DNA from: Ginkgo biloba
Taxonomy: Eukaryota > Plantae > Ginkgophyta
Assembly (NCBI GenBank): GCA_024626585.2
Contig: JANKJI020000002.1
Span: forward strand, 247,889,332-247,915,602
Reading direction: 5' to 3'
Length of the DNA stretch: 26,271 nucleotides
Made by a program: the position numbers and the translations under genes. Below are positions 1 to 12,985 of this stretch, one piece after another (within the stretch, counting starts at the first letter, position 1; the number at the start of each line of letters is the position of its first letter). The notes beneath the pieces were generated by a model. That model saw only the letters and a list, made by a program, of their open reading frames with translations, searched no databases and was not told the DNA's origin.

Positions 1-1104
1 TATTCTTTTCCGATCTTTTTTTTTTTTGTCAATAGATCCCATAAAGCTTGTTTCTTTTGAGGAGAGGATAAATTCACATAAATATCTCTCATAGAGACTT
101 GGCTTGAAGGTTTAGAGGACAAAGAAGAAAATATAGTTTCTTTAGGAGAAAATTTTGCATCTAAATCTTTTAACAAACTATATACAACATGTTGTATATC
201 AATAATATAACACAAGGTTTTGTTTTGACATTGAGCATTAAGATTTGTCCAATTTTGAAGCTTGTGAGTTAATTTTTGTTCTTGATCTTTAGATTTCAAG
301 TTCTGGGCTTGATATTGACTTTTGTATTCTTCACCTAAAGAATATTTTTCAAATTTCGTAAAATCTAGAAATTGTTCTTCATGATAAATTTGTCTACCAT
401 ATTTTGGAGTAGTAGACCATTTTCCAGAAGATGAAGTTTCAACCATCATCATTTCAATAGTACTTTTATCTTTATGAATAACTCTAATGAGATGATGATA
501 ATCAGGTCAAATGGTTTTATCTGGATATTGTAAATGATTGCACACCATAGCCTTAGGATTATTTAATCCTTCAAAATCTTTGTCAAAACTGGAATGAGTA
601 AAATGTACAGACTTAGAATGGGTTAAGGGTTATACATGAGAAGAAGAAGTAGAGGGTTTGTCACTAATAGTAGAATCACTAAATATAAGAGAAGAAGATG
701 AAGGAGTGATTTCTTTAATACTATTAGGGGCATATAATATTATTTGAATCAAAGGCCTTTCGGGAGAGACATCAATAATCCATTATTTAGGTAACTTGAT
801 TTGAGACCATTGGATTGTCTCAAGAGCAATATTTTTATAATGGGGACTATTATGCATCACCACCCTACTACTATGTTCATGACCATGACAAATAGTAGGA
901 GAAAGGGTGTTGGTAGTGTGGAACATGACATGATAATGAAGAGAAAGCATGTGAGAATTAGGTAACATGCGAATACCAAAGTTAGAAATGTAAACTTTCA
1001 AAATTTGGTTAATGTTAGGATCAACAATAGAAATGGGAAAATTAGGAGAATTTGGTTCTATTAGAAAGGAGCATTTGATTTTGACACTCATCTTTTTAAT
1101 AAAA

Positions 1105-1490
1105 TGTTGGGATAAAGATATGAATTTTTTAGGGTAAATTTAACAATAAATAAATAGGTGACATATATGGATTGTACTTAGATATTATGGTGTGGAGAGA
1201 CACAAATTTAAGTAGAGTAGTTTGAAATCATCGAATAACTATAATTTTGATTAGATATATTTGATGGTGGAATAAATGTGCCCCTAAGTTTGTGTAAAGG
1301 CATTCAATTACCGATGGGATGCCAATCCCGCCTAAGTTTGTAAAGGCACTAGGCTATAAATATGTATGCATTTGAACACTAAGGGTGAGATTTGAGTGTA
1401 ATTTTATGTATTGAATATTGAATGAAATTATATTATTCCATATCTCAATTTTTTCTCTTTGAGAGATTGTTGATACATGTGATATTTCCT
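1105..1490 (+). repeat. Candidate 5' LTR of the plus-strand gypsy element
   Basis: Starts TGTTGGG, contains CTATAAATA (~1354) and an internal duplication CCTAAGTTTG(TG)TAAAGGCA, and is followed by a PBS-like TGGCATGCC. No matching 3' LTR found in the window. Confidence 0.35.
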
Positions 1491-1500
1491 TGGCATGCCT
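1491..1500 (+). promoter_or_regulatory. Degenerate primer-binding site (TGGCATGCCT, resembles TGGCACGCCC of Tat/Ogre-type elements)
   Basis: TGG-starting motif just after the LTR-like segment. It differs from the recalled consensus by C>T changes. Confidence 0.3.
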
Positions 1501-4500
1501 ATGTTTAGAATGACTATAGGAAGAAAGGTTGTAAGATGGGATCTAATATGATAGTTAGAGCATATAAAATATTGAAGAATCAATATTGGAAGTAGGATAG
1601 ATGTATTTTCTATCTATAAATAGACAATTCATTTGAGACAAAGAGGATGATCAACATTAAGGTAATAGAGATAGTGGTGAATTGATCTGAAACCTAGAAT
1701 GTGTATAGTGAAAGCAATATTAAGAATATAGGAATTCATGTGATTTAAACACATAGAAAACACATCATGTTCTCAGGTGGAAGTCATATTATTAAATGAA
1801 ATATCATCTTCATTAAAATTCNNNNNNNNNNNNNNNNNNNNNNNNNNNNNNNNNNNNNNNNNNNNNNNNNNNNNNNNNNNNNNNNNNNNNNNNNNNNNNN
1901 NNNNNNNNNNNNNNNNNNNNNCCAAAATTTTGAAGTATTGAAACTACCAGATAAAATAATCAACTACCAAGTTCTCTTCGAAATACCCTAGATATAAGAT
2001 ATACGAGGCTCTATTAGCCTTGAGCAGGAGGGAATAAAGTTCAAATAGGAAAACACTTGGTTGTATTCTCATTTATATTATAAGAGATAATCATTGGAAA
2101 TAATATGTGATGATAAGAACTCCTTAGAAGTTACTTTAATATAAAGTAACTCCACCCAAGAAGAAAAAAACCTTTATGCTTACCACAAAGAAACTAATGA
2201 ACCAAATGATAATGGAATCCTTCAATTTGGCATATCATATTTGAATTTATTAACTCTGATCTTGTAATCAAAGAGTGAAAAAATGGACTCAATGAACTAT
2301 ATTATTTTAATACTTATCGCATCATAGCAGAAGAACTAGATGATGAAAATGTGATACAAGTTCATCTTGTTAAGAAAGTCTTTAATGGATGCATAAATGA
2401 TTAAGAGAATTTAAAATGGTTCCTATATGTCACCTATGATATGGAAAAGGAACACATAATAAAAATATTTTCCACCACCTTGTGTGGCAATGCAAGATGA
2501 TGGTTCCAAAACCATCATGATAGATTTCACACTCGGAAGGATACATAGGTATTATTCATCACTTGCTTCAATCATAGAAAATTGCAATAAGAAAAATTAT
2601 AATATGATGGAACTTATTATATCATCTAGTTCCTACAAAGAACATGTCTCACCTAGGGGAAATTTCTTATCAATACAATAACCAACAAAGATGTGTTCAA
2701 ATTAAATGTTCATTAATCCATGTTATATGGTATCCTATATGAATGGTACATATACCAAGAAACTCGATTAGGAATCCAAGATTTGGAAAAAAAAGATACC
2801 AACTTATCCATATTTAAATTCAAGTTACAAGTCCACCAATAACCCTCTTTAGGTATATCATCCAAAATATGAATAATTTTACCTTCCATAATGTGACTAA
2901 AACTTTCCATCTAGCACAAGCACCAAATGAAGAAAGAACAACCACATTGCTTGATCATCTATTACAAAAAACTATGAAGGAATGGAAAATAATTAAGGTA
3001 CATCCTTGTTATGATCCAAGATAAATAGAATAACAAACTTATCATACAAAAACTCTGCACTTCGATGAGGAGGATCTAGGGAGAATGATTAAGATTAGCG
3101 ATTATTAGGACCAAAAAATAGTTGCCATGGCATATGATCTCTTTAGAAAGCATTTTTACAGATTTTCTTGGATGTATAAAGACCTAAAACATATTCGACT
3201 AGTGTTTATCTAAATCCATATTAAATTGGAAGATGACACCAGACAAGTAAGGCAATGACCTTACTATACAAACCCTAAATATAAGAGATCAACAAAAGAG
3301 GGAATTAATAAATTACTGCAAGATGGGGGTATATATCTAGTCAAGAAAAGTGAATGGGTATTACCCATTGTAATTAGTAAAAATAAGAATAGGAATATNN
3401 NNNNNNNNNNNNNNNNNNNNNNNNNNNNNNTAAACAATGTCATGAAGAAGGACCCATTTCCTATACCCTTCACTAAACAAGTTCTAGAGAATGTGGCTAG
3501 ATGAGAAATCTAATCCTTCACGAATGGTTTCTTCAAATAGAACCAAATTCAAATGCATATGGATGATCAAATCAAAACTAACTTCACTACAAAATGGGGA
3601 TCATTTTCATACCATTCCATTCCCTTTGGCTTAACTAATGCACCTACATCCTTCTCCCAGATCATTATAAAATTCTTTAAGGACTTCACCCATAATTTCA
3701 TAAGAATTTATCACACAATTAGTCAATTTTTGGTTTCATCTATAATCATATGATGCATTTATGCATAATTATACAATGATGAAGGAAAATAGGTATCTTG
3801 TTGAATTCAAGTAAGTGTTAGATGTTGAAACTATTTAGACAACTAATGGGCCATATTGTATGCAAGGAAGGCATGATGGTGGATCCATCTAAAGTAATAT
3901 TGATTGTAGATATTCCATCTCCAACTAATCCATCCTAGATCAAATCATTCTTGGGCCATATGAGATATTACCAAAAAATCATCAAGAGTTGTGAAAAGAT
4001 CACTAGTCCACTAGAGAAACTATTGAAGAAAGATAAACCATTTATTTGAACCTCAAAATGTTAAGAGTCCTTTGAGCTATTGAAAACAATATTAGTAGAA
4101 TCACCCATTCTAAAATTCCCTAAATGGGAAAAAATATTTTATTTACACATTGATGTGTCAATGGTAGCCATTGGTGCAATCTTGGCATAACTAGGAGCTA
4201 GAAAGATTGACCATATCATATAATATAAAAACCAGAAGTTGAGTCAGGATAAATTAAATTACTCCACAAACAAGTGCAAAGAACTTGATATGATATAATT
4301 AGTACATAATTTATAACATTACTTTCTTGGACATAAGTTTGAATTCTATTTATACCACCAATATTTAAAGTACATAGTGAATAAGACTATTCATGAAGGG
4401 AATTTGAGTAGATGGATTATGATTCTTTAGGAGTATGATTTTAAAATATTTCTCAAACTTATATAATCACACATTAGACTAGACCATTTATTAAGAGTTA

Positions 4501-7500
4501 ATAATGCTAAAAAGGAGGAGATTCATGATGAATTCCCCAACGTTTACTTATTCAAGGTAAGATCCATCCCATCTAACTTACAAGATATCATCAATTATCT
4601 ATCCATAGGACAAGCCTATTCCCACTACACCACCTCTCATAAGAAAAATTTAGCAAGGAACGAATGTCCAAATAGATTAATCAAAAAATATTTTTACAAA
4701 ATGGGCAAGGATGAAGTACTACGTACGTGTGTGCCACCAGATGATATACCAAATGTGTTTCGTGAAGCCCATGATGGCATCATAGGCGGCCATAACTCTA
4801 GTGATAAGACAACAAGAAAAGTCCTAATGATTAGTCTCTAGTGGACAAATTTATTTTAGGATGTTCACTAGTGATGCTAACATTACAATATATGCCAACA
4901 TGTCAGGAAATCAACAATTTAGGGATTCATGCCCCTTAATCCTATTCGCACTTAGTTACCCTTTTAAAAATGGGGAATCAAATTTTTTGGCCCAATAAAA
5001 CCTCCTGCACAAAATACACATGCATAATACATAATTTTTGTGACAAATTACATCATTAAGTGGGTTGAAGAAAGATCCACTCGGAATAACACCATAATGC
5101 AATTTCTATATGAGTGCATGTTGGTATGTTTTAGTTGCCCTATAGAAATGGTAAGGGATAGAGGGACACACTTCCTTAACAAGGTCATTGAATCCTTAAC
5201 TTCTAAGTTTATGATTCAACATCAAAAGAGTACAACCTACTATTTGCACTATAATGGATTGGTAAAGTCTACAAATAAAATTCTCTACAATGTGTTAACC
5301 AAGACCTATACAGAAGGAAGATGCGATTGGGCGGAGTGACTACATGTCGTATTGTGGGAATTTCACACCACTTACAAACTATCCATAAGCCATAATCCAT
5401 TCCAATTAATCTATGGGCAGGAAGCCTTTCTTCCCATTGAATTCCAATTACCTAGCCTTTGAATCTCCATTTAGGCTAAATAGGATGATTAATAGACCTT
5501 AAAAGAGTTACTACTACAACTTAATAAGATGGAATAAACACACACAATTATACTCTAACATCAAGAGGCAATGCAAAAGTACATGAAAGAAATGCATGAT
5601 CATAAGTTATGTGGACAAGGGTTCTAAGAAGGCAAAATGGATCTCTTATTCGATATCAAGTTCAAAAATATAAAAGGTAATCTCAATACATAGTGGCATG
5701 GCCCCTATGTCTTAACGCACTTGTATGAAAATGGTTTTTCCATCTTGGCAAAATTAACAAGGGAAGTTATTCCAAATTATCTTAATGGATCCTGACATAA
5801 ACTCTTTCAGAGTTAACCTTTCAGGGGTCATAAATGTTTTACCATATTGTACATATTTGTGAAATATTTCCCTTTTACTAAGAAAGACATATCTTCAGTT
5901 TTTTGACATTAACTATGAAAAGCACTTCAGTAGCAAATGATACATTTTTCTTAAGGCCTCACAAGCCACNNNNNNNNNNNNNNNNNNNNNNNNNNNNNNN
6001 NNNNNNNNNNNNNNNNNNNNNNNNNNNNNNNNNNNNNNNNNNNNNNNNNNNNNNNNNNNNNNNNNNNNNNNNNNNNNNNNNNNNNNNNNNNNNNNNNNNN
6101 NNNNNNNNNNNNNNNNNNNNNNNNNNNNNNNNNNTATGCCACAATGTGTGCCATTGCACAATTTCCCACATAGGCATAAGGAAAGAAACAAGGATTATAA
6201 AGCATAAATTCTAGGAAAACCAATAAGGGTATGGTAGTTGTCATGCTATTACAACAAAGTTCCCTCATGCATAGAAGATGAAATTCATCATGCAATCCTA
6301 AATCTTACGTGCTTATTATTAGAATGACAGGATTTTAAAAATTGATGGGTAGAGACATGCATGACAAGACACCTCATTAATGTTTCTACACTTGTGTCCA
6401 CATTCCTAAATATACATTCACAACATGATATAATCTTTGCACATGCATCATGTAGGATCCATACCTAAGGGATATTTCCAATTCTTGTATATCGCCTACT
6501 AATCCAACATGCTGAATGATGTCATGATTGGAAGATCATGCATCTTTAATGAACCCATATTGGGATGAACAATAACTATATAATGCCACCAAGTGGGGCC
6601 AAGTCCATATTAACATGCCTTACCTAATAACTCCATNNNNNNNNNNNNNNNNNNTACTAGTGTGATACCTATATAATAAGAAAACCAATGCCATGGAGAT
6701 CTTTATGGAGATCAATGTCAATGATGCCATCCCTAAAGGTTTTGATAAGTATTTATAGGATGCTTATAATATTTCTTATGGGCATCAAATCATGCCGTCT
6801 TAAGAAGAATTTTAGTGATTCACAACCAATACTCAAGCTCATATGATCCTCTTAGTTCCTAGACTAGTGCACCATACTAACTTAGTGAAGAATATTATTA
6901 ATGTCATGGAGCATGATGGATTCTATATTAATCGATGATTCATCAATTTTGATGTAGATTTGGTTGAGCAATTATTTGATATACCTAATGATGATAACTC
7001 GATCGATTTGGAATGTGATAAATGATGGTTTGACAAGAAAAAATAGGATACAACATTCCCTTTCCTAGAGGAGGCCTTATCCATAGTCAATGAAAATTCC
7101 ATGGTTAAGGTAGACCTGACAACAATCACTAATAGATCCTATAAAGGTTCTTGCTCTAGGAATCCTTAAGATCTATGGAGTTTTTGACATCTATTACATC
7201 CTATTAAAATGGATACAAATAATATATGATATTATCCAACATGATAGAATGTATAATTTTACTCTCTTATAATGCTGATAGCTTTTAATTAGCTATGTTG
7301 CAGCCTCATTGATATTTGGAGTTTTTATTTATAACTCCTCACATTCTAACTGATTGTAAGATGTTGATAACTATTAGTGCTTTGTGGATGGTTGTGTCCG
7401 AGGCATATCAACCTNNNNNNNNNNNNNNNNNNNNNNNNNNNNNNNAGGAATGATAACATATTTTAAGATGAAGATAATTGCAAAATATTTTGATCTTCTT

Positions 7501-8875
7501 GTGTAGAGAAAGTTTTTCAAGGATATGCTCATGTAAAATCACTACTATGTTACGATTAAAAGTGAAATAAGTACTTGGTTGTTTCCATAACATATGGCAT
7601 CCACAAAAAGTCAAATAGCAAGTGAAGACTCCAAATACCAGCACCCTCCTTGCAATGCTCTATAGATGAAATTATTTCCTCAATAACTCCCTCAACTTAA
7701 CATTTGAAATTATTCATTGATCATCTGATGGTCGAGGCCCAACCCATTTACATCATATTTGAAAATAAATGCCTTCTAAGCAATACTTGGATGATTTTCA
7801 TCTTTGTCTTATTGCACTTGCAACTGCATCTAGAGATGATGATGATCTGTTAAAATGCAATAGACACACATGGTTTAACTATTAATAATCATATACTTAT
7901 AATCATATATCCTAATGATCATATATATAGTGTATTTTTTTATAAGTATAACCATGCNNNNNNNNNNNNNNNNNNNNNNNNNNNNNNNNNNNNNNAGTTT
8001 TGGTTGAATAATGTGGTTTTGAAAATACTTTCTTCGTTTTGTGTTTTGAAAAGTTGCGGTCAATTCTTTATGAATATAATCCAATCGTGATTAACATCAT
8101 GGATTAGCAAATAGGTAGATCATGTTTATTTCATGCTTTAAAAGCAAACCAACAATGTACAAAGGCATTATGTTCCCACCGATGACAGGTATTATTGATA
8201 TTAATGGATATGNNNNNNNNNNNNNNNNNNNNNNNNNNNNNNNNNNNNNNNNNNNNNNNNNNNNNNNNNNNNNNNNNNNNNNNNNNNNNNNNNNNNNNNN
8301 NNNNNNNNNNNNATTTTGAAATCTCAACTGATCTGGATGGAGAGTTCATTAGTCATACTAAGAAAAGTGGGTAAAGAAATAGTGTTAGGTCGCATACACC
8401 TCCATATGACCCTGAGCCTCAATGAAAAAGGGATAAATGGATTAAAAAGGGTTTTAAAGGCCTTTTGGACAAAAAATAAAATGGAAATGTGATATAATGT
8501 CAACAATGGAGGAGTCTCCTTAAGCTTGAGGACTCTGGAGGAAAGTAGGGCCTGCTAAAACAATAAAATAAGCGACCAACAAGTGAGTACAGGTGGGACA
8601 AACCCCCCAACCCTAGACAAAAATGCGTACCTAAAAATATGTACAATAAGTACATGCCATCCGCGAAGCCATGTCAACAAATTCATTGACTGCAAAATCC
8701 AAAGAATATATATGGATATGGCATGGAAGATTCTAATTTGTCTTTATCACTACTAGTCCTAAACTTAATTTGTGTTTCAATCACAAAAAAGCCTCTTCAG
8801 ATTCCATTGTCCATTCAAATGGGGTGTCTTTGACTACAATTGGTATAATGGTCATTATAATAAAATAAGTGGATA

Positions 8876-9250
8876 GTGATCCTTTCGGTGACCTATGGGT
8901 TACAAAAATATTTCTTTTCAACTCTAAAAGTCAAAAAGTTGCAAATAACAACCAAGGTAGAAAAAAGGGTTGTTGTTTGTGACCTTAATAGTGATTTTCC
9001 TAATAGCCTTTTTGCAACCAATTATTTTTTGGGGTTATTTTTAGCAACCTTAATTGGAACTTCTTTTGCCACTTTTGGGGTGATTTTTAATGACCTTTTA
9101 AAGTATATAATAATGATCTTTTTAGCCATATTTTTAGCAATTTTTCATCAAATTTTAAAATTTAGACTAAATGACCAAAATTGACCACAACATTCATCAT
9201 AGGGTTGTAAAAAAGGTTGCTAATGGTAACCCAAAAAAGGTGGTACATAC
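8876..9250. repeat. Cluster of decayed short direct and inverted motifs, like CACTA transposon subterminal repeats
   Basis: Many copies of GCAACC/GTGACC/ATGACC and their complements GGTTGC/GGTTAC/GGTTGT, explainable as CpG decay of GCGACC/GGTCGC. CACTACTA occurs nearby at 8748 and 9592. Confidence 0.5.
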
Positions 9251-10026
9251 TACCCTTTTTACCACAACAAAACATTAGATTTATTTTCCTTAACTCTTTG
9301 TATATATTAAAAAAATGTTGATATATTATCTCAACATCATATTTTTATCAACTTTGGGATTTGTTAAAGAAAAAAGAAAACTTATCTTTTGGCTAAAGAG
9401 TTTATTTTTAATAATTTAGAGTATTTTTTCCATGATGACTTTTTATGCCTATTTTTGTAAGCTTATATACCGCCCAAAGCAAGTAAAAAAAAATCATTAA
9501 TTGCAAAATTTCAAAGTATTTATGAACATTAGCCAAACATATTTTAGAATGATTGATAAATAGTGTTGAAAATATTGCTAAATGCAACAATCACTACTAC
9601 AAAAAGATAGTAATTTATTTATTTTTCTTGAGAAAAAGTTAGTTTTATTATTTTAATTTACACATATAAGTATTAATTTCTTACTATTTCTTTCCCTAAA
9701 TTATGTCTACATTATTTTTAGATATTTTAGAAAATTGTTATGATGCTTGCATTTTACACCCTTAAAAAGTTATATTTATTGTGTGATGATTAAAAATAAA
9801 TCATANNNNNNNNNNNNNNNNNNNNNNNNNNNNNNNNNNNNNNNNNNNNNNNNNNNNNNNNNNNNNNNNNNNNNNNNNNNNNNNNNNNNNNNNNNNNNNN
9901 NNNNNGGATGATGCCATTTTCGCAAAGAAACTTTTACATTTTCAACCAATTTACAGCAAGGAACCGATGACAGTTTTTTTAAGAACAATTTTCTGTGATA
10001 AAATTCTAATTCCAAATTTTATTTTT

Positions 10027-10252
10027 ATTGCGTGCAATCCAACTTACTCGAGGCAAGCTAGCCAACGCACCAATAAAATTACTGGGGGCAATCCATCTTA
10101 CACAAGGCAAGCAGCCAATGAGCTAGTAATTAAGTGTTTATTACTGTGGGCAATTCATCTTACACAAGGCAAGCCATCCAACACGAAAGTAAAAACACGA
10201 AAAACTCTTCACTATGGGCAATCTAGCTTATACATGAGGTAAGCCAGCCAAC
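10027..10252 (+). repeat. Four ~40-bp direct repeats separated by dissimilar spacers
   Basis: Consensus ACTGTGGGCAATCCATCTTACACAAGGCAAGCCAGCCAAC at 10027, 10081, 10143 and 10211, giving periods of 54, 62 and 68 bp. Confidence 0.9.
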
Positions 10253-11699
10253 GTGCTTGTGAAAGAATTTGAATAAGAGAGTTTAATTTTTGACTTGAAA
10301 TGGTTATTTTGGCAATAAAATTGGGCTAAAATGGCTTAAAATAAACAATTGTTTATGAGTAGTGGTACCGAAGAACTTATGACTTGACAAATATTTAGTT
10401 ATCCATGAAAAAATGCATGAAAAATGCAAAAAAAAACTTTCTGGAATGAACTGTGTGAATTAACAAAAAATTAACACTCAACATAAAAATATAAACTTTT
10501 TGTTAGTAGGCAAAAAATTAACTTGACAAAGATTCTTATGAGAAAATGATGGAAAATTATTGATAATAAGTGACGAAATTTTATAAATGTTTAGACTTTG
10601 TGAAAAAAATAAAAATAAAAATAAAAACTACCATGTGTCTTCTATCGCTCGAATTACAAGTGATTTCAAACACTATCAATCAAATATCTTCAAAGTTGAT
10701 GGATTCACTATTCTTCATCCACTAGTAGCTCAAATTCAAAGTCCCCCTTTCAAAATCATGATTTTATAATAAAAAAATATGCTTCTTTTCACTCCTAGCA
10801 GTGGTCCTTGCACATCGCTCAAGCTTCTTGGGAATGTCTCCCCATCGGTGGCTCTATGGTTCTGTAGAGATATGAGACTAACCCACTACCAAATCATGAC
10901 CCATTTGAAGTTGTGCACCCTTCGTATACGTTTTGTGCACCATTGAGTAGAGATAACAATGCCAAGTCTCAATCACCTATTCAATACACCATCGCTTATG
11001 CAATAGTGATGTGTCATGCCTTCATTAGTTAAGCACTATACATCAATCATATTTAAGTGTCTCACATTTTGTATNNNNNNNNNNNNNNNNNNNNNNNNNN
11101 NNNNNNNNNNNNNNNNNNNNNNNNNNNNNNNNNNNNNNNNNNNNNNNNNNNNNNNNNNNNNNNNNNNNNNNNNNGAAGAAAGTCCTTTGATAACAACAAC
11201 TTCGATTAGATCAACTACAATTCCTAACGACCCATTGAAAAGTAGTCATAACAATGCATAACCCAAAAGGAAGTGCAGGATATGCAAATAAGCCCCATGG
11301 ACAAGTGTATGATATTTTGTCCTTGTGTTTACATACAATTTGAATTTGATTATAGGTTGAAAAAACGTCAAGGAAAAAATTACTTCTTACCTGTATATTT
11401 ATCCAACACTTGATCAACAAATGTTAACAAAAAGTGATCCTTACATGTAACTTTATTCAACAACAAATCCACACATTCATTACTTGCCACCTTTCTTTGG
11501 GACTACCACCAATGGAGACACCCATGACTATTAGATATGGGGTAAATCATTCCAATTGATAGCAATTTTTCTAATTCGCCTTTGGCGATTTGCATCATCA
11601 TTATATTAAGTCTCCTTTATGGTTGCCAAATAGGTTTAACATTATCCTTTGTAAAGATGCAATGTTGACAAATTGAAGATCAATTCCCTTCAAATTTGT

Positions 11700-12985
11700 A
11701 TGATTCTAAGCAAAAGCTCCTTTCTGTTTACTCAAAATATGAAAGAATCAGTTTCCTTCATTGCCTATGACACTGATGCCAATAAAAAGTGTTTTGTTGT
11801 CTCATAACAAAATGCATGACATGTAGCAACATGACTAACATAGTTTGTTGATTTTTTTGCTAAAATAAGATAACCAAATCTAACTAAGGAGTGGATTATC
11901 TATCTTGCAATAACTCGTAGTGTTCAACATCTTCATCCCCTTCTTTAAAAGAAGCAAGAACATCCATGGCCATCGTTTCATACATGTGTTCTTCCTCATC
12001 TACATTCCAATTGGAAGTGAAGAAATGGTAACTATCAGTCTCTTAATCAGACGATTCCTCAGATTCAATCCATTCTACTTGTTCATTAGATGATGTCTTT
12101 GTTGCTTGGGCAACGATTATAAAAGCACTTTTGCTTAGTATCATGAGCAATGGCCATTTTCTCAGTTGAACATGCATTTGCAACATCTGAAGTAGCAAGC
12201 TAGGGGTGTCCAAGGATACTGGGATATCCTTCAAGATCCTTTTTAGGTTGTAGCACTACAAAATTAGGTCGATACACGTAATTGGCAATTGAAANNNNNN
12301 NNNNNNNNNNNNNNNNNNNNNNNNNNNNNNNNNNNNNNNNNNNNNNNNNNNNNNNNNNNNNNNNNNNNNNNNNNNNNNNNNNNNNNNNNNNNNNTAATCA
12401 AAAGTTCCTGTGTGTTTGTTCAAAATATGAAATGCTTGCTTCCATACATTGTTTGTGAGATTGCTGCTAATAAAAAGTGTTTTGTTGTCTCCCATAGTAA
12501 GAGGCATGACATCTAGTTGAGTGACTAACACAAGGTGTTGATTTCTCTACTGAAATGAAAGCACCAAATATGACTGTAGAGTGGATACTCCACTTTGTAG
12601 TAGCTCACAGAGTTTAGCATCCTCACCCCCTTCACTGAAAGAAGTAAGCACATCCATGGCCATCATTTGATACATGTGTTCTTCCTCGTCTGCATTCCTA
12701 TAGGAGGTGAGGAAATGGTAACCATCACTATCTCCATGTGATTCCTCTTTAGACTCAATCCATTAGGCTTGTTCATTAGATGATGCCTTCACTAGTTGAG
12801 CAACCTTAAATAGAGTTAAGTACATTTGCTTAGTACCATGAACAATGGCCATTTTTTCGATTCGACACGTAGTCACATCTACGATAGCAAGCTAAGGGCA
12901 TCCAAGGAAAACGCGATATCCTTCAAGATCCTTTTTAGGTTGCAATGCTACAAAATTACTCAGGTATTACAAGTTGGCAATTGAA
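11700..12985 (-). repeat. Two diverged copies (~11700-12294 and ~12395-12985) of the same protease-RT linker, flanking a 100-N gap
   Basis: Shared blocks AATAAAAAGTGTTTTGTTGTCTC, CATCCATGGCCATC, TACATGTGTTCTTCCTC and GATATCCTTCAAGATCCTTTTTAGGTTG at an offset of ~690 bp, with many substitutions between the blocks. Confidence 0.9.

Larger units (their letters stand above)
1105..5816 (+). mobile_element. Degenerate Ty3/gypsy LTR retrotransposon (non-chromovirus, Athila/Tat-like), many stops and frameshifts
   Basis: RT-RNaseH-integrase order on +. RT: SEWVLPIV ~3350, KKDPFPIPF ~3445, FTTKWGSFSYHSIPFGLTNAP 3583-3645. RNaseH: LHIDVSMVAIGAIL ~4140. Integrase: EAHDGIIGGH ~4765, KWVE/RDRGTHF/NGLVKSTNK 5040-5339. 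Ends NGS*HKLF ~5785-5816, like Athila NGxRLKxY. Left boundary is tentative. Confidence 0.9.

Noticed and set aside
10027-10252. CRISPR array
   Set aside because: Plant nuclear context, degenerate repeats, short uneven spacers and no cas genes.
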